Source: Rozella allomycis CSF55 (Eukaryota). From it: a stretch of 64,000 nucleotides of DNA. The stretch covers positions 186,001 to 250,000 of the forward strand of contig KE561209.1 of assembly GCA_000442015.1 (NCBI GenBank). The letters are read 5' to 3'. Numbering within the stretch: the stretch's first letter is position 1; the number at the start of each line of letters is the position of its first letter. A program made the position numbers and the translations under genes. The notes beneath the pieces are model-generated. The model made no database searches. It was not told where the DNA came from and saw only the letters and a list, made by a program, of their open reading frames with translations. Shown here piece by piece: positions 28,737 to 40,300 of the stretch.

Positions 28737-29147
28737 ATGTTTCGACAATCACTTTCATTATTCATCAAGAAGCAAAAGGAAACATTTCCTCCTCGAGGTA
28801 TGATATTAACATTTTGTACATAGATCCTAGCCATACAGTTGAATGGTTTCTAAAAACTATTCGTAGAGAATGTGATCAATATATCGACAAATTTAAAGAC
28901 TGGGATCACTTATTTACAGTAACAAGTAAAGAAATGGAAGAATTGGGCATCCATGCTCGAGCCAGAAAGAAAATATTGATGTGGACCGAGCGTTATAGGT
29001 AAGACATAACTATAATGGTTGATAAGACAAGGTTTTGATCCATTTTACATTTATCCGTCACAAAAACTTGTCAGAAAACATATTCAATTAAGGCGAATGG
29101 CTGAAGCAAAGGCAGCAGAAAATCAGAATAAGCAAGGAAATCAATAA
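28737..29147 (+). CDS. FYV4: Mitoribosomal mS41/Fyv4 (IGR-motif) protein
   Basis: MFRQSLS... presequence; VEWFLKTIRR...WDHLFT.TSKEMEELGI..RARK.IL.W.ERYRQG. Confidence 0.75.
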
Positions 29148-29249
29148 TCATGATTAAACCGTTAAAATATATTTTCAAATGTATTTTTATCGCCATTTTA
29201 AAATAGAAATGTTTTAGGCTCATTGATAATAATCATTTGAATTTATTGA

Positions 29250-30429
29250 CTAGTCCGTCTTGTTGGTTTTTAAGGAATTGATTAAAGATCGACCATGTTT
29301 ATGAGCTTCTTTACTTCTTTCCAAACGAGATTGAGGGCCTATATCTCTTCTAGTAACAAAATCATAGAGCACTTTCCACCAAGATGTATGATAGCACAAA
29401 GGCTCATAAAACTCCTTTGCAATTTCCTTGATTTTTGGAAGCTTTGACCATGGAATCTAAATATGTTGAATCATCTAGATTTACTTTTGTGAAGTCATGA
29501 TGCTCATTGTGATAACCAATATTCATTAAAATGTAATTAAAGCTTCCATAATAAGAATATGTTTCTTGTCCGTCTTTAAATGTATAATGCTCTTGAATAA
29601 AATGCCCAGCACATGGATGAATGCCATAACCAAACCATAGAGACAAAAATAGGTAGGTGAACCCTTTAACGCCACAAGTTTGCAAAATAACTAGTTTTCT
29701 ATTAATGATTGTAATACCTAAGTCTGAAACCAGTGTAAATCCCAGGTTTGCTAATTCCCAAAATGTTGGCCTTCTTTTCATCGCAGCACCACGTACTACG
29801 TACATCATTGGAAAGAAAAATAGCCAAATAAACTTTAGTAGAGTATTTCCTTTAACAAGTTTGTATTCGAATTCCATGGGCAAGTCTGGATCCTTATCGT
29901 CAACACCTATAATTGCCAAATCCTTAAGGATACCTTGATATGCGTGATGTTCTAAATGATATCGTCTAAATGAGTGTGATATTGGAAACACAATGGGTAT
30001 ATTAACAAACAAGCCCATAAATCTATTAAACACTGGAGTCTCAAAAAATAGATCATGTGCAGCTTCATGAACTAAAGTTCCTACTGTTTGAGTCAGTGTT
30101 GCCCCAATAATGTAGGCAGCAAGTGCAATAACGGCCCATGAAGAATTCATGTCACCCAAAACATGGGCCAGGGAAATTTGTATAGCGACAACAGCCAATG
30201 CTATATACTTTGACTTTGATTCAGGACCGTACAGCTCTTTTATTTCTGGATGACTTTCTAAAATAGCTCTTTTGCGTTTAATATGAGGTTCATCCAAATG
30301 ATCCACGGCAAAAGACTCATCATGGTAAGGAACACTTCTTTTCCATAGTCCAAGAAATAAAGGACTTCTATAATCTTCTTTTGGAAGTTTTTCAGCGGAA
30401 AAAACGCCAGGTAATGTTGACACAACCAT
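29250..30429 (-). CDS. DEGS1: Sphingolipid delta-4 desaturase
   Basis: EPHIKRKRAIL..HPEIK, His boxes HEAAH, HLEHH, HNEHH; HPCAGHFIQEHY. Confidence 0.93.
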
Positions 30430-30527
30430 AATGAAGTGGCTGAACACTGAAAGATGTGAAAATCTTTAATAGATTGATCAAACGTATATAACTTTGATAA
30501 AATGATAACTAAAATCTGTGATTTATT

Positions 30528-31623
30528 CTATTTTGATTTAGCCCGAGATACACTGGATGCATTGACTCTTTTTAGGGTGCTGTTTATAAAATTTCCCGCC
30601 ACAATAAGTTTGTCCAAGTTGACACCAGTGTCATATCCTAGTCCTTGTAGCATGTATACCACATCTTCTGTAGGTACATTTCCCGTTGCCCCTAATGCAT
30701 ATGGACATCCCCCTAGAAAACAAATTACCTATCTATCATACCTAGACCCCCGACTGAACCATCCACTACTCTAATCCCATACTAACAGCACTTTAATAAG
30801 TTTTTACTTCTTCAACTGCCACATAAATATTAGCCAATGCTTGTCCGTATGTGTTATGAAAGTGAACTGCTAATTTGTCACTGGGGATCCGATGCTTTAA
30901 ATAATCTAGTAAAGATCTAATTTCACCTGTCAATAAAATGTTTAAAACTTACCCGCATGACCAATGCCTATTGTATCACCTAAGGACACTTCATAACATC
31001 CGAGATCAAGTAGGCGATTAGAAACCTCAAAGACTCTTTCGGTTTTAACTTTTCCATCGTAAGGACAAGCAATCACACAGGAAACATATCATATTATATC
31101 ACTACTTTAGAATTACCCTCTTGTTTTAATATTATTTCTTGTAGCTTCCTTTATAACCGGTTCAAATCTTTCAAAGCTTTCGTCAATACTGCAATTAATA
31201 TTTTTCTGAGAAAATCCCTCACTTGCTGAAGCGAATACCGCAATTTCTTTCACATTGGATTTTATCGCCAACTCCAAACCTTTCAAATTTGGTACTAATG
31301 CTGCATAAGTAATTCCCGGTTTTTGATTAATTTGTGAAAATACATCTGCCGCGTCTGCCATCCACTGGATTCTGTAGCTTTGTCATTACCTGAGGGATTC
31401 TCTTTGGAGACACAAAACTACTAGTTTCAATATATTTTAATCCCGTGTCACTTAAGAGATTAATCAATTGTACTTTATTAGCCGTGCTAACGAGTGTTTT
31501 TTCATTCTGAAGACCGTCGCGTGGACCAACTTCTACGATTTTAACAAACTTTGATGCCTTTTAGAACTTATTTTAAAATCATACCGTGGATTTGAATCTG
31601 CGACTCAACGCTAGTAATATCAT
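30528..31623 (-). CDS. HMGCL: HMG-CoA lyase
   Basis: [68 protein letters not shown]. Confidence 0.96.
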
Positions 31624-31704
31624 TATGCCGATATTTTCGAAACAGCGGTGTTATATGATAGAATTTTATCAAATTGATTAAATTAGGAGAATATCTTATA
31701 TTTA

Positions 31705-34216
31705 TTAAATCACCTTTTCGATAAGATTTGTGGAATTGAAAGCAATTCCAAGATACAGCCATACATTTTTCACTCCTAGTGGCTTCTCACAGATCTTAAT
31801 AGCCAGGGCGTAAATAATGGATTCTTTTCTCATTTGAAAGATTCCCTTTGACACTAAATTTTGCAATATTTCTGTAGCGCTGATAATTGAAAAATCAAAT
31901 AGATATCCAGTGAACAGATAGTTTTGTGGTAACAGAGCTAGAGCTTCTTCACGTAAGCTGTTTTCCCATGCAGAGATTGATGATGGTAATAATGAATGAT
32001 CTTTAGGTTTAGGTTTTAACGGGACAAAAGGTGCATAACCGAATGCGTCTTCAAGGGTATCAAGGTGTCTTTTCAGAAGAATTGAAATATCTCGATGGAA
32101 AAAAGTATCGGGTGAATAAGATAAATGTTTTCGCAGAGATATAAATCCTTTTACAAGAGAATCCAGTAAAGTTCTATAATGTAACCGTTAAAGACATACT
32201 TTTCATTGAATTCTGGCAATTTAAACATATTTAACAGCGAGTGATGTAATCTTCCTATAATAAAATAATGATTTGTGTTTACTTTTCTTTACTGGTGCAT
32301 TGTCAGTAAGGGCATACCAAATTCTTGATTTACTGAAATTCCAGGAAAAAGCGCGCCTAATTATTGCAATGTCAAAAATAGTACGTTTTGATTGAAGATG
32401 TTTTTTGAATATTCCAAAGAGTAGTGACGTCATTAAATACTACATTTACAAAAGTGAATGGGAATCTTGTGGGATCTACGTAAGGAATGCCTTGTTTGAG
32501 TGTGATTGGTTTAGTACCTGACTGAATATGCCAATGTACAATAGGGTTATCGATTCTTTTGTTGTAGTAATAAAATTTTTCAGTATTGAAATCAGGATCT
32601 TCGATGATCGTTTCATTGATTTGGTTTGGTTTGGCCAATAAGGAAATAACCCAGCATTGTTCAATTCCATTCTCATCTGGACTATTGGAAACATTATTGA
32701 TTACCTTGACCTATGCACACGTAAGCTTCAATGTCAAGGCCCAATAGAAAATTGCAAAACAAAATGCAGTGCTCCATAATTGATCCGCGCCCATCAGCGA
32801 CCCAAACGGAAGGATTATTAATTGGCATGGATTTTTCAAATCCCAGATGCTTTGACATGCGACAAAGTGTGCTCATTGTTAATGAATGTTGATTTTCTTT
32901 AGTTTTCTTTGTAAACTCATTTGACGGATTTTCAAAAAATGGAATCTTAGAGATTAAGCTAGCGATATAGCAACATGAACGAAAGTTTGGATCGCTCAAG
33001 AGATTATCAGGGAATTCTTTGTATTGAAGAGAAAAGTTTAATGGATTGTTTACTATTTTCAAATCAGATATAAAACAGTCGGGTTTCATTGGATAAATAA
33101 AATCATTTAAAGAAGTGTACTCATTCAAATGATTGATCAAATAGAAATGAAATGGTCTAAAGGGAAATTTCTCATGAAAAAATGATTCCATCGAATAGCC
33201 ATATTTTAAAAAACTATTTTCTTCCACAACAACGCTATCTAGAATGTCTTTACAAATTCAGCATAAAGTTTACCGTTGGACTTTTGAAAAGAAAATTTAT
33301 CGTAGAGATTTATCATTTTGATTCTTTCTTCAGATTCATCATCCACATAAATCCCAATAGTCACTGGAGTAAAACAGGGTGAATTCATTTCCATTACAAC
33401 GTTTATAAATTGGCATTCATGTTTTCTCAAAACAATCTTTGACAAGGGTATAAACCCTGTGGCTAGGGTCACACATCTATCATTAGAAGTTTTGTTTTGC
33501 TACGAAATATTTCCAATCGAGATTCTTTCCAACAATTCAACCACCACGCAAGTCTTTTCAAGAAATTCTACAAACTGATTTCCATTTTCAAAACTCAAAC
33601 TACAATTCAGATTCATCTTTTGAGGGAAAAACTATTTTTGTATTATTAATGTTTTACAGACCCAGTACGCGAAGAAACAGTCATTGTTGATGATTTATCC
33701 AATAGTGAAAACTTTATCAACAAATTCTTTCTTTCGAATAAAATTGAATCATATTCAACAGAAAAACTTTTCATTTCCTCATTCTATATTACTCGATGAT
33801 GTGTTTAATTCCATGAAAGTTTAACGGCATTATTAGAAATCCATAATTTAGATTTTTTATGGCATCATCCGCATTTATATTGTTCTGATACAAAGACAAA
33901 TTCTATCTTAAAGTAATATTCTATTTACACTCATGAAAGCTGTATTATTCGATGCAAACATTAAATCATCAAGTAGAATATTAAAGTCATCGTCATTCAG
34001 ATAACCTTTGCAACTGGAATCATATCGATAAATTAATGCCTTTGTCACTCCCAAGTCAAATTCAAATCCGCATTCAACAAGCAGATTGTTAAGCTCAAAG
34101 ATTCCCAATCTCGACGCCCCTTTAGCTTGACTAAATTTGTCTTGTATGAGAACAGAATAAGTGTTAAACAATTTTGACAATTGCAGGTAATCTCTAACGG
34201 AGAATGAACCTAGCAT
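31705..34216 (-). CDS. CEP76/CC2D2A-family centriolar/ciliary protein with N-terminal EF-hand-like region
   Basis: Transglutaminase-like GSIMEHCILFCNFLLGL..EAYVCIG, WNIQ, FSWNFS...W, C-terminal YALAIK.......VWLY. Confidence 0.65.
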
Positions 34217-34252
34217 TGATATCGTTACCGGTATTGCCAAATGGACTAAGCC

Positions 34253-35885
34253 ATGAGTGCAATTAAATTGTCAGAGTTTCAATCTGTGTTTAACGCTATA
34301 CTCAAGACAGTGCCATTCAGTATTTTATAAAATTTATTTTAAAAGGTATTCCTACCAGTAAAGTTGGGATTGCTATGAATGGTGATGCTGACTCACTTGC
34401 ACTCTGTTCGCTTCTGGCTGAAAAATTTGGGCCAGAGAATGTGTATGGATATACAGTTGCCCATAGTTTGAAAGAGTATAATGTCAAGGATGCAGAATAT
34501 ACTAATAGGATTGCAACTTCCAAAATAGGTAATAAGTCAATAAAATTGTAAAAGGAATAAAGCATAGAATTTTAAATGTAGAATGGGATCCTGCAATGAC
34601 ATTAAATATGAAATTTAAAGCGTTGTTGAACGTTCGATTTCAATTGATGGCAAAGGAGTGTTACAAGGACGGGGTCAAGTTACTTTGCCTGGGAAACTAT
34701 TTGGAAGATGATTTTGCAAAGTTTTGTTATAGATCTGCTAAATCCAGTAGATTTGAAGGGCTTTGTTCATTAAAGAGTTTGACTCATTATCCTGAGCCTA
34801 ACATAAAAGAAGCGGAAGATATGTACGTTGTTAGACCGTTTCTTTCTACTTCAATTGTAACCTTTTAATTAACACAAAAGTAGGAAAGATTAATTGCCAC
34901 TTGCAAAGAGAGAGGGATAGAATACAATCCAGAAGTGTATGATCCAGACAAGCTAGCTCAGGTGACTCTAAACGCGTTAGAAGAAATACTGGAAAAGTAT
35001 CCTGAAATTACACGTTCAGATTTGCAATCATTCATGTCAAATATGAAAGACAGAAGATTTGAATTTGATAAGCAAAGTAACAATGTTCATTTCTAATTAA
35101 CAGTCATGACTTTGATTGATAAGAATACCATTCTGAACACCAAGGACGGTTATGCCACACTAGCTGTCACTTCAGACTTGATTTCCCGTAAAAATGATAA
35201 TCTTCTTCGCCAATCACTCAACAAATTATGTCAAGTCTTTTCAGCAGATTCAACCCCAGTCAAATTAGCATCATTGGATCGCATGGTAGAAAATATTCAC
35301 TTTGGATTCGAAAAATATCTTCAAAAGCCATCAAACCTTCGCCCAGTGGACAATATAAAGCCAAGCCAAGGTGGTCGCTGCGCACTGCAAGCGATGCCTT
35401 TAAAACACTACAAAAATTTTCGCAGTTTTAGATTTTCATTTGGACTTCCAAAATACGGTCTAGTTTTAATGACGCTTTCTCGTATACCACCAAGAACCTC
35501 TGATAGGTCCCGAACAAACTTTAAATTGTTTGTAGAATTTGGAAAAGAATACAATTACGATAATCGATTCAACTTTGTATTCGAAAAGACGTCTGACGCA
35601 CCATTTAGTGATGGTATCAATTTCCATGTGCAGATATTGAAACCAACACATTTAAGAATGTTTGTAGATACTTATCCTGATAGTCAAGAAGCAAAATTAG
35701 CATTAAAATTGTTGGAAACACTTCCTTTGGTCGCCATGTCATCGCATCCAGTCCTCGTTAATGATGAACACAAGTTTGTGTGTTTCCCAACTTTTGGTAT
35801 CCAAGGACCAAAAAAGTATTTGAATATTACTGTTGATCGAATATGCGGAAGAATAGCTAAATCCAAACTTAGGATATATCAATAA
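34253..35885 (+). CDS. TilS/PP-loop family protein (degenerate)
   Basis: VGIAMNGDADSLAL, YTVAHSL, VVRPFL, LIATCKERGI; five exons. Confidence 0.6.
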
Positions 35886-35926
35886 AATCAATGTTGGGTC
35901 ACTTCTGATTTCTGAATTTTTCTGAA

Positions 35927-37001
35927 ATGAGTGAATGGTATCAACCAAGTGAGCCCGTTTATAACCAAAATCAAGCCCCTTTTCAAAACTCGGGTTATCA
36001 AAACACTGGATATCAAACCCAAAATCCTCAGGGATACACTCAAAATCAAGGATACCCACAGAATCAGGGATACTCACAAAACGGGTATCCTCCTCAAAAT
36101 CAAGACGGTTACTATACAGCCAGTCCATTTCTAAATCAACTCCAAAGCAACCCCACTGCACAAATAGGCCTACAACTAGGCACTCAAGCTTTGAACGCAG
36201 GTCAACAATACGTGAACCAAAACGTAAAAAATATCTCTCCACAATATAGATTAATCGAATATTTAGTTTTCAGAAATTCAAGTAACTTTAATCGATAATC
36301 AACAAAGATATTACTTTAGTGTTACAAATTCCTATGTCATGTATAAATTAATGATGCTATTGTTTCCTTTTAGAAACAAGGTACGAAGGTTTTTGTGTAA
36401 TTTTAAAGACATGGCAGCGTGTAGTGTATAGAAATGAAATGAATGGACAGGTAGAGGGATACAAGCCACCACGGGAAGATCTGAATGCGCCAGATTTATA
36501 TATACCGAGTAAGAGAATGTAGTAATAATAGATAAAGGTATGTCTTTTGTGACTTACGCGATATTGTATGGTGTTTGTATGGGTATTGAAGAAAAGTTTT
36601 CCCCAGAAATGCTGGGAATGGCGTCTAGCAAAAGCATGTTGATATTGACATTAGAAGTTTTTGTAGCAAAGTTTGGGGGGTATTTGATGAATGTTGGAGG
36701 TATGAGCGTATTAGATTGCGTTTCATATTTTGGTTACAAATTTGTTGGGTAATTTAGATGTTGTAATAATTATAGAATCGATATGGCAATTTTAGTAGGG
36801 TTATTATTGGGGGATTTTGTGGGAAGAATCGCCTTTATTTACTTAATGCTGTCGTTTGGGTTCTTCATACTGAGAACTATGAGGAACTCAATGTTGAATG
36901 AACATTCGAACTATTCTGAAAAGAGAATGAGAATCTACTTTATGTTTATGTTGGCTTCAATTCAATTTATAACGAGCTACTTTNGAAAAATGGTTTGGTG
37001 A
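35927..37001 (+). CDS. YIF1: Yip1-interacting factor Yif1
   Basis: YYFSVTNSYV, PPREDLNAPDLYIP.MSFVTY, FSPE.LG, GYKFV; 3' end falls at gap N 36984. Confidence 0.92.
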
Positions 37002-37280
37002 TGGCTGCGGCACGTTGATTGTTGAGGCGGGCAGGATTACCAGGAACGTTTTGGGGACGATGGTGAATACAGCATGTTATTTGCAGAATCGGACACAGCA
37101 TACTAGGAAACATAACAACAATGGAAGCATTTACAGGCGAACAACCCTCGGTGGCACATTTAAGAACAACAGGAATAAACGTTTTGTGTATATCCCAAAA
37201 ATTAGACGAGAAAGCTGAGGAGCACACTTTAGTAGGTTATGATATATCCGAACGAAACTATACACTACGAGTTCTTATTT
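36985..37280 (+). mobile_element. Ty1/copia integrase C-terminal/SH3 fragment (frameshifted)
   Basis: AGLP..FW, TACYLQNR, FTGEQPSVAHLR, KLDEKAEE..LVGY. Confidence 0.75.
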
Positions 37281-37329
37281 TATCGACGCATAATCCATTT
37301 ACTAATATTCATCACGAACTAAACTAAAC

Positions 37330-40300
37330 AATATGAAGTACACAAATTTGGAAGACCAATCATGGAAGTCTTCTTCTTGAACTCACTCGTTATGGGAGTC
37401 ATCTAGATTCTTCCATTTCACCAAGTATTCATCTTTATTTTTATTCATTATCCTATGTTGAAGAATCTTTTCCACTTTATGTGCAGAAGTGTCTATATTC
37501 GGGATTATCCCCTTAAAAAGTTTTAAGACATGAAGAGGTCTTGTCTATAAAGTTCCATCTGGTCCTAACAAGATGTATGCTCCTCATTTGTTTCGTCTTA
37601 CAATCTTGAATGGCCCTCTGTAATAGGGTTCTGATTTCTTAGACCTGAGGTCATCTTTAATCATTAAAAATGCTCCTATTTTATCCGATTGTGTCTCAAG
37701 AATTTACCCCCTTCCAGATACGCGTTGTTTCTGGCTATTCTGTTGATTTCGGGATATAGAATCTGTTTCATTTAATTGAGTCTCTGTATCAACTCTTTTC
37801 CAGATATCTCTTGGAGAAGTGTGTTATTACTAAAATCGTTGAAATTGTTCGATTGTCTCGCGATCATTAAAGACAATGGAGTGGATTTGGTCGTGTCGGA
37901 CACTCTCAAGTTTAGAATGTATTGAGTCTGATCAATAAAATTACCCCCTTCTGTATCTTTTCCTCTCACATTCTTGTAGATTGTGTTCGCTACTGTTCCA
38001 AAAAAACCTTTCCGCTATTCTATTAGCTCTAGGGTTGTATGGTGTGATGAAACTCTGACATATGTTTGATAATTTCACCATTTCAGAAATGATTCTATTA
38101 AGAAATTCTCGACCGTTGTCCGATCGAATGCTCTTTGTGAACCCGAATTCACAAAACGGAGAAAACAATATTGTTGCTATTGTTTTCATTTCCGTGTCTT
38201 GTAGGGCTCTAAGAAATATAAATCTGGTACATGTGTCAACTATAAGTAACCTATACTTATTTTTTCTTTTGGATAATGGAAATTCTTTCAAGTCCATAGA
38301 GACCTCATTGAATGGTAACATACAAGTTGTGGAATTCAACTAATGAAATCCATTTTTTCCTACGTTGAACCTCTGACAGTCAATGCAATTCTGGACTACC
38401 TTTTTACAGTCTGATCTGATGGATGACCAGTTGAAGCCCTTCGATCGTATCTGTTTCACCATTGATTTCTCCCCAAAATGTCCGATTTCATGAGCTTGTT
38501 TAATAAGATTTTCTCGTTCTTCCAGAGTTGGATTTTGTGTAGCCTCCTGCTGGAGTGTTTCAACAATTTTAATCTCCTTGATCGGAATGTTGATCTGTGA
38601 AATATCTCTCACTTCCTGTTGAAATTCCAGCTCTGTGTGATTCATAAATTCAACATTCATTTTTTGCTTGTCTTTTGTATCAATCGTCCAAACTACATAT
38701 TGATTATATGAAGGAGTGTTTCTATCCATCTTTATAAATGTTTCTTGACTAGTTGTGATGACTATTGGATTGGAGATTGTGTACTCCTTTAACAATTTAA
38801 ACCAAGTTTCGTTTTCCTTCATCGGTGTTAAAATTGATGCCTTTGATTTATCAATGATTAATTTCACTAGAAGTTTGTGAATGAGATCTTCCTTGAGTTC
38901 TGCCCAAATTACTTCGTTTCCTTGTCTTGCTAATAACACGGCTCCGAGGCCTCTGCTGGAAGCATCTGTGGCAAGATTTAAAAGTTTGTTAAAATCAGGA
39001 TAGTTCAACATTATTTGACTCCAGAGTACCTCTCTGTTGGTGTCGTATATTCTCTGATATTCTCCATTCCAAACCACGTTCTTAGCCTTTCGCATCTTAT
39101 CTAGTGGTTGGGTGAGCATGGAATAATTTGGTATCATATCTCTGAAGAAATTGAAGAATCCCAACTGTTGTTCAATCATATTACTGTTGACTGGTACTTC
39201 CCAATCATCCATTATCAAAAACTTTTCCGGAACAATCGTAATGCCTTTTCTGTCTATCTTGAATCCGGGAACATTCATTTCTTGACAGGCAAATTGGCAC
39301 TTGGGTATGTTTATCAGTAGTTGAATTCTGTTTAACTCTTCAATGATAATAGATACATGTCCTAGGTGTTCTTTGTACGATTTTCAGTGAATTATGATAT
39401 CGTCTATATAAACTTTCACAAAGTCGTATTTGCTCAAGAACTTTGTCATCACGTTTTGTAACTCAGCAGAAATGTTCGTGATGCCGAATAATGGAGCTCC
39501 AACAAAGTTATACTGGTTTCCGTTCCATGTAAACGTTGTTTTGACTTAATCATCCTCTTTAACTCTAAATTGATGAAATCCCGCTCTCAAGTCTATCTTG
39601 GTAAATACCACAGATCCTTTCATGGCTTCAAGAATCTCTTTTATCAGCGGTAANTACTGTTGACTGGTACTTCCCAATCATCCATTATCAAAAACTTTTC
39701 CGGAACAATCGTAATGCCTTTTCTGTCTATCTTGAATCCGGGAACATTCATTTCTTGACAGGCAAATTGGCACTTGGGTATGTTTATCAGTAGTTGAATT
39801 CTGTTTAACTCTTCAATGATAATAGATACATGTCCTAGGTGTTCTTTGTACGATTTTCAGTGAATTATGATATCGTCTATATAAACTTTCACAAAGTCGT
39901 ATTTGCTCAAGAACTTAGTCATCACGTTTTGGAACTCAGCAGGAATTTTCTTGAAGCCGAATGGAGCGCAAACAAAGTTTTATTGTTTTCCGTTCCATGT
40001 AAACGTTGTTTTTACTTGATCTTCCTCTTTAACTCTAAATTGATGCAATCCCGCTTTCAAGTCTATCTTGGTGAACACCACAGATCCTATCATGGCTTCA
40101 AGAATCTCTTTTATCAGCGGTAATGGATATGTAATGGTCTTTGTAATCTGATTGATGTGTCGCGGATCAAGGCATGTTCGCCAACCTGTGATATTCCCAG
40201 CTACATCCTTCGTAGCTACAACGAGCAAGAAACTATTCCATTCAGAATGTCCATTCAGTTCCTTAATGAAACCGTCTTTCTTCCATTTTTCAACTTGTCC

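Noticed and set aside
29907-29933. GTATCCTT donor in DEGS1 resembling a U12 GT-AG intron
   Set aside because: Only 27 nt with no separate TCCTTAAC branch site; chance or a converted intron
23915-31116. Stop-codon reassignment or readthrough as the cause of broken ORFs
   Set aside because: TAA, TAG and TGA all terminate genes normally; tiny introns explain the breaks and the SLY1 case needs a frame change
33220-33275. Apparent GT-TG intron in the CEP76-like gene
   Set aside because: An upstream gtaaac donor with an ...aaag acceptor (26 nt) restores the frame canonically
35990-36105. Short 18-nt-period repeats (CAAAATCA.GGATAC) resembling an array
   Set aside because: They encode QNQGY low-complexity repeats in the Yif1 N-terminus; not CRISPR
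39180-40120. Duplicated reverse transcriptase segment
   Set aside because: Near-identical copies flank an N at ~39654; probably assembly redundancy
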